Assembly: GCA_963702425.1 (NCBI GenBank)
Contig: CAVPCQ010000011.1
Span: 224,001 to 288,000, forward strand
DNA from: an uncultured Acidobacteriota bacterium
GTDB lineage: Bacteria > Acidobacteriota > Polarisedimenticolia > J045
Length of the DNA stretch: 64,000 nt
Direction: 5' to 3'
The notes under the pieces are model-generated. The model saw only the letters and a list, made by a program, of their open reading frames with translations. It was not told where the DNA came from and searched no databases. How positions within the stretch are numbered: the first letter of the stretch is position 1; every line of letters begins with the position of its first letter. The position numbers and the translations under genes were made by a program. Below, piece after piece: positions 10,923-20,615 of this stretch.

Positions 10923-12721
10923 GCGGGCGGCACGCCATCGTGCGCTCCGGGGAGTGGCTGCTCGCCGCGCTCTTCCTGCTGCTCGCGCTGCTGCCGCTGA
11001 TCGACATGCTCGGCCGGCCGCTGGCCGGCTTTCACGTGCCCGGCTCGTCGAGCTACGTCCACCAGCTGACCTTCTACCTGACCTTTCTCGGCGGCCTCGT
11101 TGCGACCTGGGCCCGCAAGCACCTGACGCTCTCGACCGCCGAGCTGCTGCCGGAGGGGAACGCCCGCGGCGCGGCGCACGTCCTCGCGGGCGCGGCCGCG
11201 GCGACCGTCTGCGCCATCCTGACCTTCGGCAGCCTCGGGGTCGTGATGGCGGAGCGCGAGCTCGGGAACCGGCTGTCGTTCGGGATGCCGCAGTGGGTCG
11301 GCGAGCTGGTGATGCCGTTCGGCTTCGGGGCGATGGCGCTGTCGTTCGCCTGGATGGCGGCGCCCCGCTGGCGCGGCCGGCTCGTCGCCTTCGGCGCGGC
11401 CGGCGCGGTCTTCCTCTTGGCCTTCGTCCAGCCGGCGGCGCCGATCGTCTGGCTGCTGGGGGCGATGCTGCTCGCCGCGCTGCTGCTCGGGATGCCGGTC
11501 TTCGCCGCAATGGCCGGCTTCGCGGCGCTCTTCTTCTGGAAGGACCAGGTCCCGGTCTCGGCGGTGACGGCCGAGATCTACCGCCTGGTCGCCTCGCCGA
11601 CCCTGCCCGCGATCCCGCTCCTGACCGCCACCGGCTTCGTGCTCGCGGAGACGAAGGCGGCCGAGCGGCTGGTCCGCTTCTTCCGCGCATTGTTCGGCTG
11701 GATGCCGGGGGGCGTCGCGGTGCTGGTCGCCGCGGTCTGCGCGCTGTTCACCGCCTTCACCGGCGGCTCCGGCGTGACGATCATCGCGCTCGGCGGCCTG
11801 GTGCTGCCGATCCTGCTCAAGGACGGCTACCCCGAGCGTTTCTCGCTGGGCCTCGTGACCGCATCGGGGAGCCTGGGGCTGCTGTTCCCGCCGTCGCTGC
11901 CGGTGATCCTCTACAGCGTCGTGGCCAAAGTCCCGGCCGACCAGCTCTTCATCGGCGGGCTGATCCCCGGCTTCCTGCTGCTGGTGCTGGTCGCGGCCTA
12001 CGGGCTCTTCGTGGGCGGACGGGTCGGCGCGGAGCGCCAGGGCTTCTCGGCGCGGGAACTGCTCGCGGCGACCGCGCAGGCCGGGTGGGAGCTGTCCGTC
12101 CCGGTCCTGATGATCGTCCTGTTCGCGACCGGCATCGCCTCGCTGCTCGAGACGGCGGCTTTCGCTTTCGCCTACACCGTCTTCTTCGCCTGCTTCGTGC
12201 AGCGCGACCTGTCGTTCCTCGGCGACCTGCCGAAGGTCCTGACCAAGGCCGCGGCGCTGGTCGGCGCGGTGCTGATCCTCCTGGCCAGCGCGCTGGGGCT
12301 GACCTCCTGGCTGGTCGACGCGCAGATCCCCGACGCGCTGCTGGCCTGGGTGCAGGCGCACGTCTCCTCACCGCTCGTCTTCCTGCTCGTGCTGAACGTC
12401 GTGCTGCTGGTGCTGGGGAGCGTGCTCGAGATCTTCTCGGCGATCGTCGTCCTGACGCCGCTCGTCGTGCCGCTCGGGGTAGCGTTCGGGATCCATCCGA
12501 TCCACCTGGGGGTGATCTTCCTCGCCAACCTCGAGCTGGGGTTCCTCTTCCCGCCGGTCGGGCTGAACCTGTTCCTCTCGTCGTCGCGCTTCAACAAGCC
12601 GATGACGGTGCTCTACCGCGCGGTCATTCCCTTCCTGATCATCCTGGCGATCGGGGTCCTGCTGATCACCTACCTGCCGTGGATGTCGCTCGGGCTGCTC
12701 GAGACGCTGGGGCGGGGGTAA
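10919..12721 (+). CDS. dctM: TRAP fused small/large permease (DctQM)
   Basis: Hydrophobic ~600 aa from TTG 10919 overlapping the dctP stop; FTGGSGVTIIALG, GSLGLLFPPSLPVILY, PPVGLNLF. Confidence 0.9.
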   Translation: MSGRHAIVRSGEWLLAALFLLLALLPLIDMLGRPLAGFHVPGSSSYVHQLTFYLTFLGGLVATWARKHLTLSTAELLPEGNARGAAHVLAGAAAATVCAILTFGSLGVVMAERELGNRLSFGMPQWVGELVMPFGFGAMALSFAWMAAPRWRGRLVAFGAAGAVFLLAFVQPAAPIVWLLGAMLLAALLLGMPVFAAMAGFAALFFWKDQVPVSAVTAEIYRLVASPTLPAIPLLTATGFVLAETKAAERLVRFFRALFGWMPGGVAVLVAAVCALFTAFTGGSGVTIIALGGLVLPILLKDGYPERFSLGLVTASGSLGLLFPPSLPVILYSVVAKVPADQLFIGGLIPGFLLLVLVAAYGLFVGGRVGAERQGFSARELLAATAQAGWELSVPVLMIVLFATGIASLLETAAFAFAYTVFFACFVQRDLSFLGDLPKVLTKAAALVGAVLILLASALGLTSWLVDAQIPDALLAWVQAHVSSPLVFLLVLNVVLLVLGSVLEIFSAIVVLTPLVVPLGVAFGIHPIHLGVIFLANLELGFLFPPVGLNLFLSSSRFNKPMTVLYRAVIPFLIILAIGVLLITYLPWMSLGLLETLGRG

Positions 12722-12725
12722 CCCG

Positions 12726-13295
12726 ATGGCGACACCTGAAGGTACCGAACCGCGCGGCCGGCTGACCTACGCCGACTACGCGAGCCTCCCCGACGACGGG
12801 CGTCGCTACCAGCTGGTCGAGGGGGAACTGGTCGTGATGGCCTCGCCCAACACCCGGCATCAGCTGATCGTCGGGGAGATCTACTACCGCCTCCGGCAGC
12901 ACGTGGACGCCGCCCGTATCGGCCGCGTGATGGTCGCGCCGCTCGACGTCGTCCTCGACGACCACAACGTGCTGCAGCCCGACGTGCTCTTCGTGTCGAC
13001 CGAGCGCCGCGGGGTCGTGGTGCCGCAGAACCTGCGGGGTGCGCCCGACCTCTGCGTCGAGGTCCTGTCGCCGGGGACCGAGCGCCTCGACCGCGTGCGG
13101 AAGCTCGAGCTGTACGCCCGTTTCGGCGTGTCTCACTACTGGATCGTCGACCTCGGCGCGCGCGCCATCGAGGAGTACGTGCGGGAGGGCGACGTTTTTC
13201 GCGTGCGGAGCGTCACCTCGTTCGACGACCCTTTCCGGCCCGCGCTCTTCCCTTCGTTCGAGCTTTCCCTGTCCGCCGTCGCGCTGCCGGAGTAG
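12726..13295 (+). CDS. Uma2-family (DUF820) PD-(D/E)xK endonuclease-like protein
   Basis: RYQLVEGEL, HQ, QPDVLFV, PDLCVEVLSPGT, K..LYARFGV.HYWIVD. Confidence 0.92.
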   Translation: MATPEGTEPRGRLTYADYASLPDDGRRYQLVEGELVVMASPNTRHQLIVGEIYYRLRQHVDAARIGRVMVAPLDVVLDDHNVLQPDVLFVSTERRGVVVPQNLRGAPDLCVEVLSPGTERLDRVRKLELYARFGVSHYWIVDLGARAIEEYVREGDVFRVRSVTSFDDPFRPALFPSFELSLSAVALPE

Positions 13296-13303
13296 CGCCC
13301 GGC

Positions 13304-16300
13304 TCAGGGCGCCACCGGTGCCGGCATAAGCAGGTCCAGCACCAGCTTCCAGCCCTCGCCGGGGGCGCGGCGCCAGGCGCGCAGGAACCAGCCGCGCTCC
13401 GGCTTCCCGCCGGCCGTTTCCCAGGCGCCGTAGGTGTTGCCCAGGTCATTGCTGCTCGCGACGCCGCTCCCCAGAACCTTCCAGCTCGACAGCGCGCGCC
13501 CGGCCGCGGCCGCCTTGACGATCGCCTTCCGCCCGGTGATCAGTCCCGTCTCCTCGCGCAGCGCGCGCGCGTCGTCGTCGAGGAACTCGGAGTACGCCGC
13601 GGCGATCCCCCGTCCGCCCGCGACCGCGAGGAACCGCGCCTCCATCGCCTCGAGCGACATGACGCGCACCGCGTCGTCCTTCGCCGGGTCGGCCGCCGAG
13701 GCCGGGTACGCGGGCTTCGCGTCGACGCGGCCGAGGTCCGGGGTCGGGCCACCGGACGAGATCCCCCCGTCCGCCGCGAACCGGAAGCTGCCGTCCGGCT
13801 GCCTGATCCAGATCGTCGCGAACCAGCCGTGGGGCAGAGCTGTCGCCGCTGCGCCGGGCACACCGGCCGCACCGGCGGCGCCTGTCGCATCCGCGCCGGC
13901 CGCCACCGCTTCGCCCGGCTTCGCCGCCGCGTCGAAGACCCACGGCCCGGTCGTCAGGCCGAGATCTCCGGCACGCGAGACGGCCGCGAAGGCGGGCCGC
14001 CAGCGCAGTACCCCGGGCCGGATCGGGCGGTCCTTCCAGAAGGCCTTCCCGCTGACCGGGCCCGGCTGGAACAGCACGCCGTCGTCGGCGAGGAAGGCGA
14101 GGAACGCCTCCTTCGTGCCGCGCGCCTCGGCGGCCTGGGCGAAGGCCAGCTCGGTGCCGACCACCTCCCGCCACGCGGCGTCGCGATCCGAAAGGGCCGG
14201 GCCGGCCGCGTCTGCCGCACCCCCGCCGGCGGCGGCCAGCGCCAGCACGAGCCCCGTCGCCTTCGCGGCATCCGCGGCGGCCGCGGCCGGCGACGTCCTG
14301 CGGCGCCGCATCAGGCCGATCGTCCGCCCGCGAACCCCGTCCGCGACGATGTAGAACGCCGGCACGACGAGCAGGCTGAGCGCGGTCGAGAGGATCAGGC
14401 CGCCGATCACCGCCAGCGCCATCGGGGTCCGGATCTCCGCCCCGGGCCCGAACCCCAGCGCCGGCACGAGCGCGGCCATGAAGGTCGTCGTGGTGGTCAT
14501 CAGGATCGGTCGCAGGCGGATCGGTCCGGCTTCCAGCATCGCGTCCCTCGCGTTCTTCCCGCGCGCCATCGCCTGGTTGGCGTAGTCGACGAGGATGATC
14601 GAGTTCTTCTTGACGATCCCCATCAGCAGCAGCAGGCCGATCATCGAGAAGATGTTGAGCGTCCGGCCCGTCGTGTAGAGCGCCAGCGCCGCGCCGGCGG
14701 CCGACAGCGGCAGGATCGTCAGAACCGTGACCGGGTGCAGGAAGGAGTTGAACTGCGCACCGAGCACCATGTAGGCGACGGCGATCCCCAGGAAGAGCGC
14801 GAAGAGCAGGCTTCCCATCGACTCGCGGAAGGCCTGCGACGCGCCGCCGAGCACGGCGCGATAGCCGGTCGGCAGGCCGCGCCCCAGCTCCTCGACCCGG
14901 GCCAGCACGGCCTGCTGGTCGTAACCCGGCGCGATGTTGGCGAAGACGGTGATCGCGCGCTCGCGGTCGCGGCGCGTCACCGCCTGGAGTGCCGGGACCT
15001 CCTCGGTGCTGACCAGCGCCGACAGCGGCACCAGCTCGCCGGACTTGCCGCGCACCTTGATCCGTGCCAGGTCCTCCGGCTTGCTGCGCTGGCCGGCCAG
15101 CAACCGCGCCCGGACGTCGATCCTGCGGCCGCCGGTCTCGTACTTCCCGACCCGCACGCCGCCGATCAACGCGCTGATCCCGGTCGCGACATCCTCGATC
15201 GGCACGCCGAGATCGGCCGCGCGGGCGCGGTTCGGCACGATCTGCAGTTCCGGGACCCCGATCCGGTAGTCGGTGTCCACGTCGACGACCATCCCGCTGG
15301 CTGCGAGGTCACGAGTCATCCCCTCGACCATGTCCACCAGACGGTTCCAGTCCGGGCCGCGCACGGAGAACTCGACCGGGAAGCCCCGCTGCGCGGTGAA
15401 CCCCTGCTGCGAGAGGTCCTGGACGACGGCTTTCAGCCCGGGGATCGCGTTGAGCTGCTGCCGCAGCCGGGCCTGGAACTGGGCCTGCGTCAGCTCCCGC
15501 TCGCGCGGCGGAACCATCGTGATGAAGACGATGCCGGTGTTGACCGCCCCGCTGCCCATCCCACCCACCACGGCGAAGGCCCGCTTCACGATCGGGTCCC
15601 CGTTGACGATCGCCTCCGCCTTCTTGAACAGCGTGTCGGTCTCCTGGAGATCCGACCCGACCGCGGTCTGCAGCCGCACCATCAGCCGGCTCTGGTCCTG
15701 GGACGGCACGAACTCGGAGGGCAGGACATAGAAGACGTACGCCGCGAGCACGAGCAGCGCGACCGCGCAGCCGAGCGTGATCGCAGGGTGCCGCAGTCCC
15801 CGCGCGAGCAGCCCGCGGTAGCCGGCCGCCAGCCGGTCCCAGACGCGATCGACCGCCGCGCCGAGGCCTCGCCGCTCGCCGCCGACCGCCAGCAGTTGCG
15901 CCGAGCGGGCGGGGGTCAGTGTGATCGCCTCGAGGTACGAGAACATCACCGCGACCGAGAGCGTCACTCCGAACTGCAGGAAGAACTTGCCGATGATCCC
16001 CTTCATGAAGATCACCGGGGCGAAGATCGCGACGACCGCCAGCGTGGCGGCGAGGGCCGCGAAGGAGATCTCGTTCGTCCCCTCGCGCGCGGCGGTGATC
16101 CGGTCCTGCCCGGCTTCCGCGTGGCGGTAGATGTTCTCCATCACCATGATCGCGTCGTCGACGACGATCCCGACCGCCAGCGCCAGCCCGAGCAGCGTGA
16201 AGGTGTTGAGCGTGAACCCGAGGAAGTAGATCACGGCGATCGTGCCCAGCAGCGACATCGGGATCGCCAGCAGGACGTTGATCGTCGAGCCGACCGAGCC

Positions 16301-17353
16301 GAGGAAGAGCCAGCAGACGAAGGCCGTCAGGAGCACCGACAGCACCAGCTCGAACTGGATCTCGCGGACCGACTCCTCGACGAAGCGGGTGCTGTCGAAG
16401 TTGATCCCCAGCTCCATCCCCGCCGGGAGCCCCTGGCGCAGCCGGTCGAGCTCGGCGTGGATCCCGGCGGCCACCGCGACCGCGTTCGAGCCGCGCTGCT
16501 TCTTCACCCCCAGTCCCTGGGCCGGCGCGCCGTTGACCCGCGCCAGCCGCCGCACGTCCTCGAACCCGTCCTCGACCAGCGCGACGTCCTCGAGGTAAAC
16601 CGGCTGCCCCGAACCGCCGCCGACGACGATCCGCCGGAAGGTCGACAGGTCGATCGCCTCGCCCAGCACCCGGACGTTGATCTCGCGCCCTTCGGTATCG
16701 AGCCGGCCGGCCGGCAGCTCGATGTTCTCGCGCCGCAGCGCGGAGAGCACGTCGCCCACCACGAGGCCGCGCTGGTCGAGCGCGGAGGCGTCGAGCCAGA
16801 TCCGGATGTTGCGGTCGAGATAGCCGCCCATGATGATCTCGCCGACGCCCGGGACGGTCTGCAGCCGCTCCTTGACGCGGTAGCGGGCGAAGTCGGCGAG
16901 CACCTGCTGCGGGAACGGCCCCGAGAGCCCGAGCCACATGATCGGGTTGTCCTCGGGGTTGCTCTTGCTGATCGTCGGCGGCTCCAGGTCGCGCGGCAGT
17001 TCCTGCCGCGCCTGGAAGACCTTGGCCTGGACGTCCTGCAGCGCGAGGTCGACCTCGCGCGCGAGGTCCAGCTCGACCGTGACCGACGCGTTCCCCTGGC
17101 GCGAGACCGAAGTGATCGAGCGGATCCCCTCGATCTGGATCAGGGCCTCCTCGAGCGGCTCGACGACGTCGCTCTCCATGATCTCGGGCGCGGCCCCTTC
17201 CCACTCCGCGAAGACCGAGATCGTCGGGAAGTCGACGTCGGGAAACTGGCTGATCCCGATGTCGCGCAGCGCGACCAGGCCGAAGACGACCAGCGCCGCC
17301 ATGATCATCCAGGCCAGCACGGGGCGCTGGATGCAGGCCTCGGTGAGTTTCAT
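13304..17353 (-). CDS. RND efflux permease (AcrB/MdtB-like) fused to tandem DUF4440/SnoaL-like domains
   Basis: FPDVDFPTISV, GIVVDDAIMVMENI, GIVKKNSIILVD, RLRPILMT; ~330 extra C-terminal aa with two NTF2-like repeats. Confidence 0.9.
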   Translation of the reverse strand: MKLTEACIQRPVLAWMIMAALVVFGLVALRDIGISQFPDVDFPTISVFAEWEGAAPEIMESDVVEPLEEALIQIEGIRSITSVSRQGNASVTVELDLAREVDLALQDVQAKVFQARQELPRDLEPPTISKSNPEDNPIMWLGLSGPFPQQVLADFARYRVKERLQTVPGVGEIIMGGYLDRNIRIWLDASALDQRGLVVGDVLSALRRENIELPAGRLDTEGREINVRVLGEAIDLSTFRRIVVGGGSGQPVYLEDVALVEDGFEDVRRLARVNGAPAQGLGVKKQRGSNAVAVAAGIHAELDRLRQGLPAGMELGINFDSTRFVEESVREIQFELVLSVLLTAFVCWLFLGSVGSTINVLLAIPMSLLGTIAVIYFLGFTLNTFTLLGLALAVGIVVDDAIMVMENIYRHAEAGQDRITAAREGTNEISFAALAATLAVVAIFAPVIFMKGIIGKFFLQFGVTLSVAVMFSYLEAITLTPARSAQLLAVGGERRGLGAAVDRVWDRLAAGYRGLLARGLRHPAITLGCAVALLVLAAYVFYVLPSEFVPSQDQSRLMVRLQTAVGSDLQETDTLFKKAEAIVNGDPIVKRAFAVVGGMGSGAVNTGIVFITMVPPRERELTQAQFQARLRQQLNAIPGLKAVVQDLSQQGFTAQRGFPVEFSVRGPDWNRLVDMVEGMTRDLAASGMVVDVDTDYRIGVPELQIVPNRARAADLGVPIEDVATGISALIGGVRVGKYETGGRRIDVRARLLAGQRSKPEDLARIKVRGKSGELVPLSALVSTEEVPALQAVTRRDRERAITVFANIAPGYDQQAVLARVEELGRGLPTGYRAVLGGASQAFRESMGSLLFALFLGIAVAYMVLGAQFNSFLHPVTVLTILPLSAAGAALALYTTGRTLNIFSMIGLLLLMGIVKKNSIILVDYANQAMARGKNARDAMLEAGPIRLRPILMTTTTTFMAALVPALGFGPGAEIRTPMALAVIGGLILSTALSLLVVPAFYIVADGVRGRTIGLMRRRRTSPAAAAADAAKATGLVLALAAAGGGAADAAGPALSDRDAAWREVVGTELAFAQAAEARGTKEAFLAFLADDGVLFQPGPVSGKAFWKDRPIRPGVLRWRPAFAAVSRAGDLGLTTGPWVFDAAAKPGEAVAAGADATGAAGAAGVPGAAATALPHGWFATIWIRQPDGSFRFAADGGISSGGPTPDLGRVDAKPAYPASAADPAKDDAVRVMSLEAMEARFLAVAGGRGIAAAYSEFLDDDARALREETGLITGRKAIVKAAAAGRALSSWKVLGSGVASSNDLGNTYGAWETAGGKPERGWFLRAWRRAPGEGWKLVLDLLMPAPVAP

Positions 17354-18540
17354 CGCGCGGTCTCGGTCGCGGCCGCAGCCGGTGCGGAGGCGGGGGCTCC
17401 GGCGGGGATCGAGACGGCAGCGCCGTCGCGCAGCGCCTCGGCGCCGCGCACGACGAGCTGTTCGCCAGGCGCCAGCCCCTCGCGCACTTCGACCTGGCCG
17501 TCCGAGGTCCGCATCCCGAGCCGCAGCACCCGCTCTTTCGCGGCGTCCCCCTCGACCACGTAGGCCAGGAAGCCGCGCTCGCTCGGCCGGATGGCGGTCT
17601 CGGGCACGACCGGCCGATCGGCCCGGCCGACCGGGACGGTCACCTCGGCGAACTGGCCCGGCCGCAGCCCGGCGCGCTCCGGGTCATCGACCCGCGCGGT
17701 CACTCCGACCATGCGCGAGGTCTCGTCGGCCGCGCCGGCCACCAGCGTGATCCGCGCGGAATAGGTGCGCTGCTGGTCCTGGACGGTGAAGCGCACCGCC
17801 ATCCCCTCCGCCAGCCGCGGCGCGTCGGACTCGGGCACCTTGAAGCGCAGCAGCAGCGGCTCGCGGCGGAGCAGGGTCGCGATGATCGTCCCCGGCTGCG
17901 CGTACTGGCCGGTCTCGACGCGCCGGCTCTCGATCGTCCCCGCCGACGGCGCGCGCACGACCGCGTCGCGCTGGTTGAGCTGCGCCAGGTCGAGCGCCGA
18001 CCGCGCCTGCGCGACGCCCGCCTCCGCGACGCGCACGCGCGTGCGGAAGGTCTCGAGGTCCTCCTCCTTCACCAGTCCCGGCGTGCGCGTGTTGACCTGC
18101 TCGCGCCGCTTCAGCCCGGCCTGAGCGTCGGCCAGGCTCGCCTCGGCGCCCGCCAGGGTCGCCTTGGCCGAGTCGACCTGGACGCGGTAACGGTCGGGCT
18201 CGATCTCGGCCAGGGCCTGCCCGGGCGACACGGTGTTCCCTTCCGCGAAGTGGACGCGATCGACCACGCCGGCCACGCGCGCGGTCACTTGCACCGTCTC
18301 GAAGGCCTCGACCGATCCGACCGCGCTGACGGTGTACTCGACCGGGCGTGAACTCACCGTCATCACCTCGACCGGGAAGACGATGGCCGGAGAAGTCCCG
18401 GACGCGCCCCCGGCGGCTCCTGCCCCGGGCTTCCCCGTCGTCCCGGCGCCGCTGCCGCTCCCCTTGCCGCAGCCCGCGGCGGTCCCTGCCGCGAGCAGCA
18501 GCACGAGCAGCAGTCCCCGGTCGGGCATCCTTCCGTTCAT
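17350..18540 (-). CDS. RND efflux periplasmic adaptor (MFP), lipoprotein
   Basis: Start ATG 18540 (MNGRMPDRGLLLVLLLAAGTAAGC), V.ARVAGVV, VRAPSAGTI, GLAPGEQLVVRG. Confidence 0.9.
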   Translation of the reverse strand: MNGRMPDRGLLLVLLLAAGTAAGCGKGSGSGAGTTGKPGAGAAGGASGTSPAIVFPVEVMTVSSRPVEYTVSAVGSVEAFETVQVTARVAGVVDRVHFAEGNTVSPGQALAEIEPDRYRVQVDSAKATLAGAEASLADAQAGLKRREQVNTRTPGLVKEEDLETFRTRVRVAEAGVAQARSALDLAQLNQRDAVVRAPSAGTIESRRVETGQYAQPGTIIATLLRREPLLLRFKVPESDAPRLAEGMAVRFTVQDQQRTYSARITLVAGAADETSRMVGVTARVDDPERAGLRPGQFAEVTVPVGRADRPVVPETAIRPSERGFLAYVVEGDAAKERVLRLGMRTSDGQVEVREGLAPGEQLVVRGAEALRDGAAVSIPAGAPASAPAAAATETAR

Positions 18541-19859
18541 TCCCAGTTCTCCCGGCCCAGCGGCCAGACGCCGAGCGCGCGCTGAAGCGCCTGCTCCGCC
18601 AGCCAACGGGCGAATCCCGAGCGCGCCAGGTCGACCTCGGCTTCGAACAGCGAGACGTTGGCGTCGGCCTGTTCCAGCGCGGTCGCCAGGCCGTTCGCGA
18701 ACCGCTCCGCGACCTCTTCCTCGTTCTGCTTGGCCACCCGCACACGCACCTCGGACTGCCGGTAGCTCGCCTCGGCGGTCACCAGGTCCTGCAGCGCGAC
18801 GCGGATCTCGTTGGCGATCTGTCGCCGCAGGGCCGCTGCCTGGTAGAGATCCACCGAGCGCTGGGCGTCGAAGGTCGCGGCGCGGGCCGTCCGGGTGCGA
18901 TCGAAGATCGACCAGCCGAGCGTGGCCGCGAGGTTCCAATCGGTGTCGTTCCCCGAGAGCCCGGCCTCGTTCGTTCCCCGCCACGCCCCGCGGAACCCGA
19001 GGTCGGGGATGAAACCCTGCCGCTCGGCCCGCGCCCGCTGGCGCGAGGCCTCGGTGCGGGCGATCCAGGCCTTGAGGTCGGGACGCTGCTCGAGCGCGAT
19101 CCGGTCGAGTTCCTCGACGGACCGGGAATCGAGCGACTGCGCCGCAGGTTCGACCAGCGTGCGGTCGAGCGGCACGCCGACGAGGTACTCGAGGCGCAGC
19201 CGGGCCTTGACCACGGTACTGCTGGCCTGGGTCAGCGCCAGCTGGGCCGTGGCCAATTCCAACTCGATCCGGGTCACCTCGTTGCGCGCCGCGAGCCCGG
19301 CCTCGAACCGCGAGCGCGCGTCGTCCACGGTGGCCTGCGCGACCGCCAGCCGGCGCTCGGCGGCATCGGCCAGCTTCTGCGCGGAGAGCACGGCGAAGTA
19401 GACGTCCGCGACCTCGAACGCCAGCAGGCGGTCGAGGTCGGCCGTGTCGAACTCCGCGGCGGCCACGTCTTCGGACGCCGCCTCGATCCGAGTCAGCGCC
19501 GAGGCATCGAACAGGATCGAGTCGAGCACGGCGGCGCCGGAGTAGGCGTTCTGGGCCTGGATCGTGACCCTCTGCCCTTCGAACTCGCGCGTCACCTCGT
19601 TCGCGCGGCGGGTCGCCGTGAGGCTGGCGTCGAGCGTCGGGAACAGGTCCGCGACCGCGAGTTCGCGCAGCGCGCGGGCCCGCTCGACCCGCGCCGCGCC
19701 GATCCTCGGCGTCTCGTTGTAGCGCAGCGCCAGCTCGATCGCTTCCTCGATGGCGAGGGGAGGAGCCGCGTCGCCGGCGGCGCGCCCCACCGAGACGGCG
19801 CCGGGCAGGCAGGCGGCCGCCGCGAGCGCGGCCGAAAGGAGGAACCTGGCTCGCATCAC
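18537..19859 (-). CDS. TolC-family outer-membrane efflux protein
   Basis: Signal peptide, two OEP repeats (RFEAGLA, RFANGLATALE); overlaps MFP start. Confidence 0.9.
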   Translation of the reverse strand: MMRARFLLSAALAAAACLPGAVSVGRAAGDAAPPLAIEEAIELALRYNETPRIGAARVERARALRELAVADLFPTLDASLTATRRANEVTREFEGQRVTIQAQNAYSGAAVLDSILFDASALTRIEAASEDVAAAEFDTADLDRLLAFEVADVYFAVLSAQKLADAAERRLAVAQATVDDARSRFEAGLAARNEVTRIELELATAQLALTQASSTVVKARLRLEYLVGVPLDRTLVEPAAQSLDSRSVEELDRIALEQRPDLKAWIARTEASRQRARAERQGFIPDLGFRGAWRGTNEAGLSGNDTDWNLAATLGWSIFDRTRTARAATFDAQRSVDLYQAAALRRQIANEIRVALQDLVTAEASYRQSEVRVRVAKQNEEEVAERFANGLATALEQADANVSLFEAEVDLARSGFARWLAEQALQRALGVWPLGRENWE

Positions 19860-19969
19860 CGCATGTTAGTCGCGTCGTCACGGTCGAGCGAACGGTCCCG
19901 GCGTCGATCGGCGCCGGGGAGGAGATGTGCAGCCCCGGGCCCGACTCCGGGCCCGGGGGGCGAGACGAT

Positions 19970-20401
19970 TCAGTCGAGGTTGCGGGGCCACGACGCGGCC
20001 GCGGCGTGGAGCGTGGCCTGACCGCTTCGCCGGTAGGCGTACTCCGATGCACCGCCCGCGACGCCCGCGACCTGCACGCCTCGGAGGTGGAGCAGGCCCG
20101 CCTCGTCGCGGTAGAGGGCGAACCCGGAAACGCCGGCAGAGGGCTCGCGGAAGACCAGCGCGACCCGCCGCCCGTCGATCATGACGGCCCAGAGCTGGCG
20201 CGAGGAAGCGGTCCTTTCGAGTTCGAGCACGCCGGCGGGATAGACCTGCCCGCCGATCGAGATCGGACCGTTGGTGCGCACGGCCTGGTGCCCCCCACCG
20301 GCGAGCGCCGTGCCGCCGAGCGCGAGCGCGGCTGCGAGAGCGATCGCCAGCGCCGCGAGCATCCCTGCCGAGTGCGAGCTGGTGCGACCGGTGCGATTCA
20401 T
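19970..20401 (-). CDS. Small secreted hypothetical protein
   Basis: Hydrophobic signal AALAIALAAALALGGTALA, ISIGGQVYPAGVLEL beta segment; G-rich RBS and sigma54 site upstream. Confidence 0.65.
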   Translation of the reverse strand: MNRTGRTSSHSAGMLAALAIALAAALALGGTALAGGGHQAVRTNGPISIGGQVYPAGVLELERTASSRQLWAVMIDGRRVALVFREPSAGVSGFALYRDEAGLLHLRGVQVAGVAGGASEYAYRRSGQATLHAAAASWPRNLD

Positions 20402-20465
20402 GAGCCCCCCCTTCGGGCCCGATCCGCTCCTGGAAGCTCCGGGCGTCCTGGCCCATCCGGGGATA

Positions 20466-20481
20466 TGCAAGCACGGTGCCA
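20466..20481 (-). promoter_or_regulatory. Sigma54 -24/-12 promoter
   Basis: Minus strand TGGCAC-CGTGC-TTGCA, matching the TGGCAC-N5-TTGCW consensus, 65 bp upstream of ATG 20401. Confidence 0.75.
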
Positions 20482-20615
20482 GCGCATGACCGACCGTCGT
20501 GGGGCGCGACGGGAAGGGGCGTCCCGTCCGGCCGCCAAGGGGACGCTGTGGTCCCCTTCTTCCCCGTCGCGGCGGTCCCCTGTCTGCCCCCGCGGCGCGG
20601 CCTATGCGGCCCGTT

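Noticed and set aside
12726-13295. Uma2 nuclease as a defence or mobile-element marker
   Set aside because: Solitary member of a widely expanded family, with no methylase, repeats or compositional shift around it.
13829-17563. 1244-aa plus-strand ORF and similar long ORFs opposite uvrA and the FG-GAP gene
   Set aside because: Stop-poor antisense frames typical of high-GC DNA; Arg/Pro/Gly-rich with no motifs.
18541-20052. N-terminal half of the 900-aa ORF suggesting a TolC-MFP fusion
   Set aside because: Alternative frame over tolC; the MFP starts at 18540 with its own lipoprotein signal.
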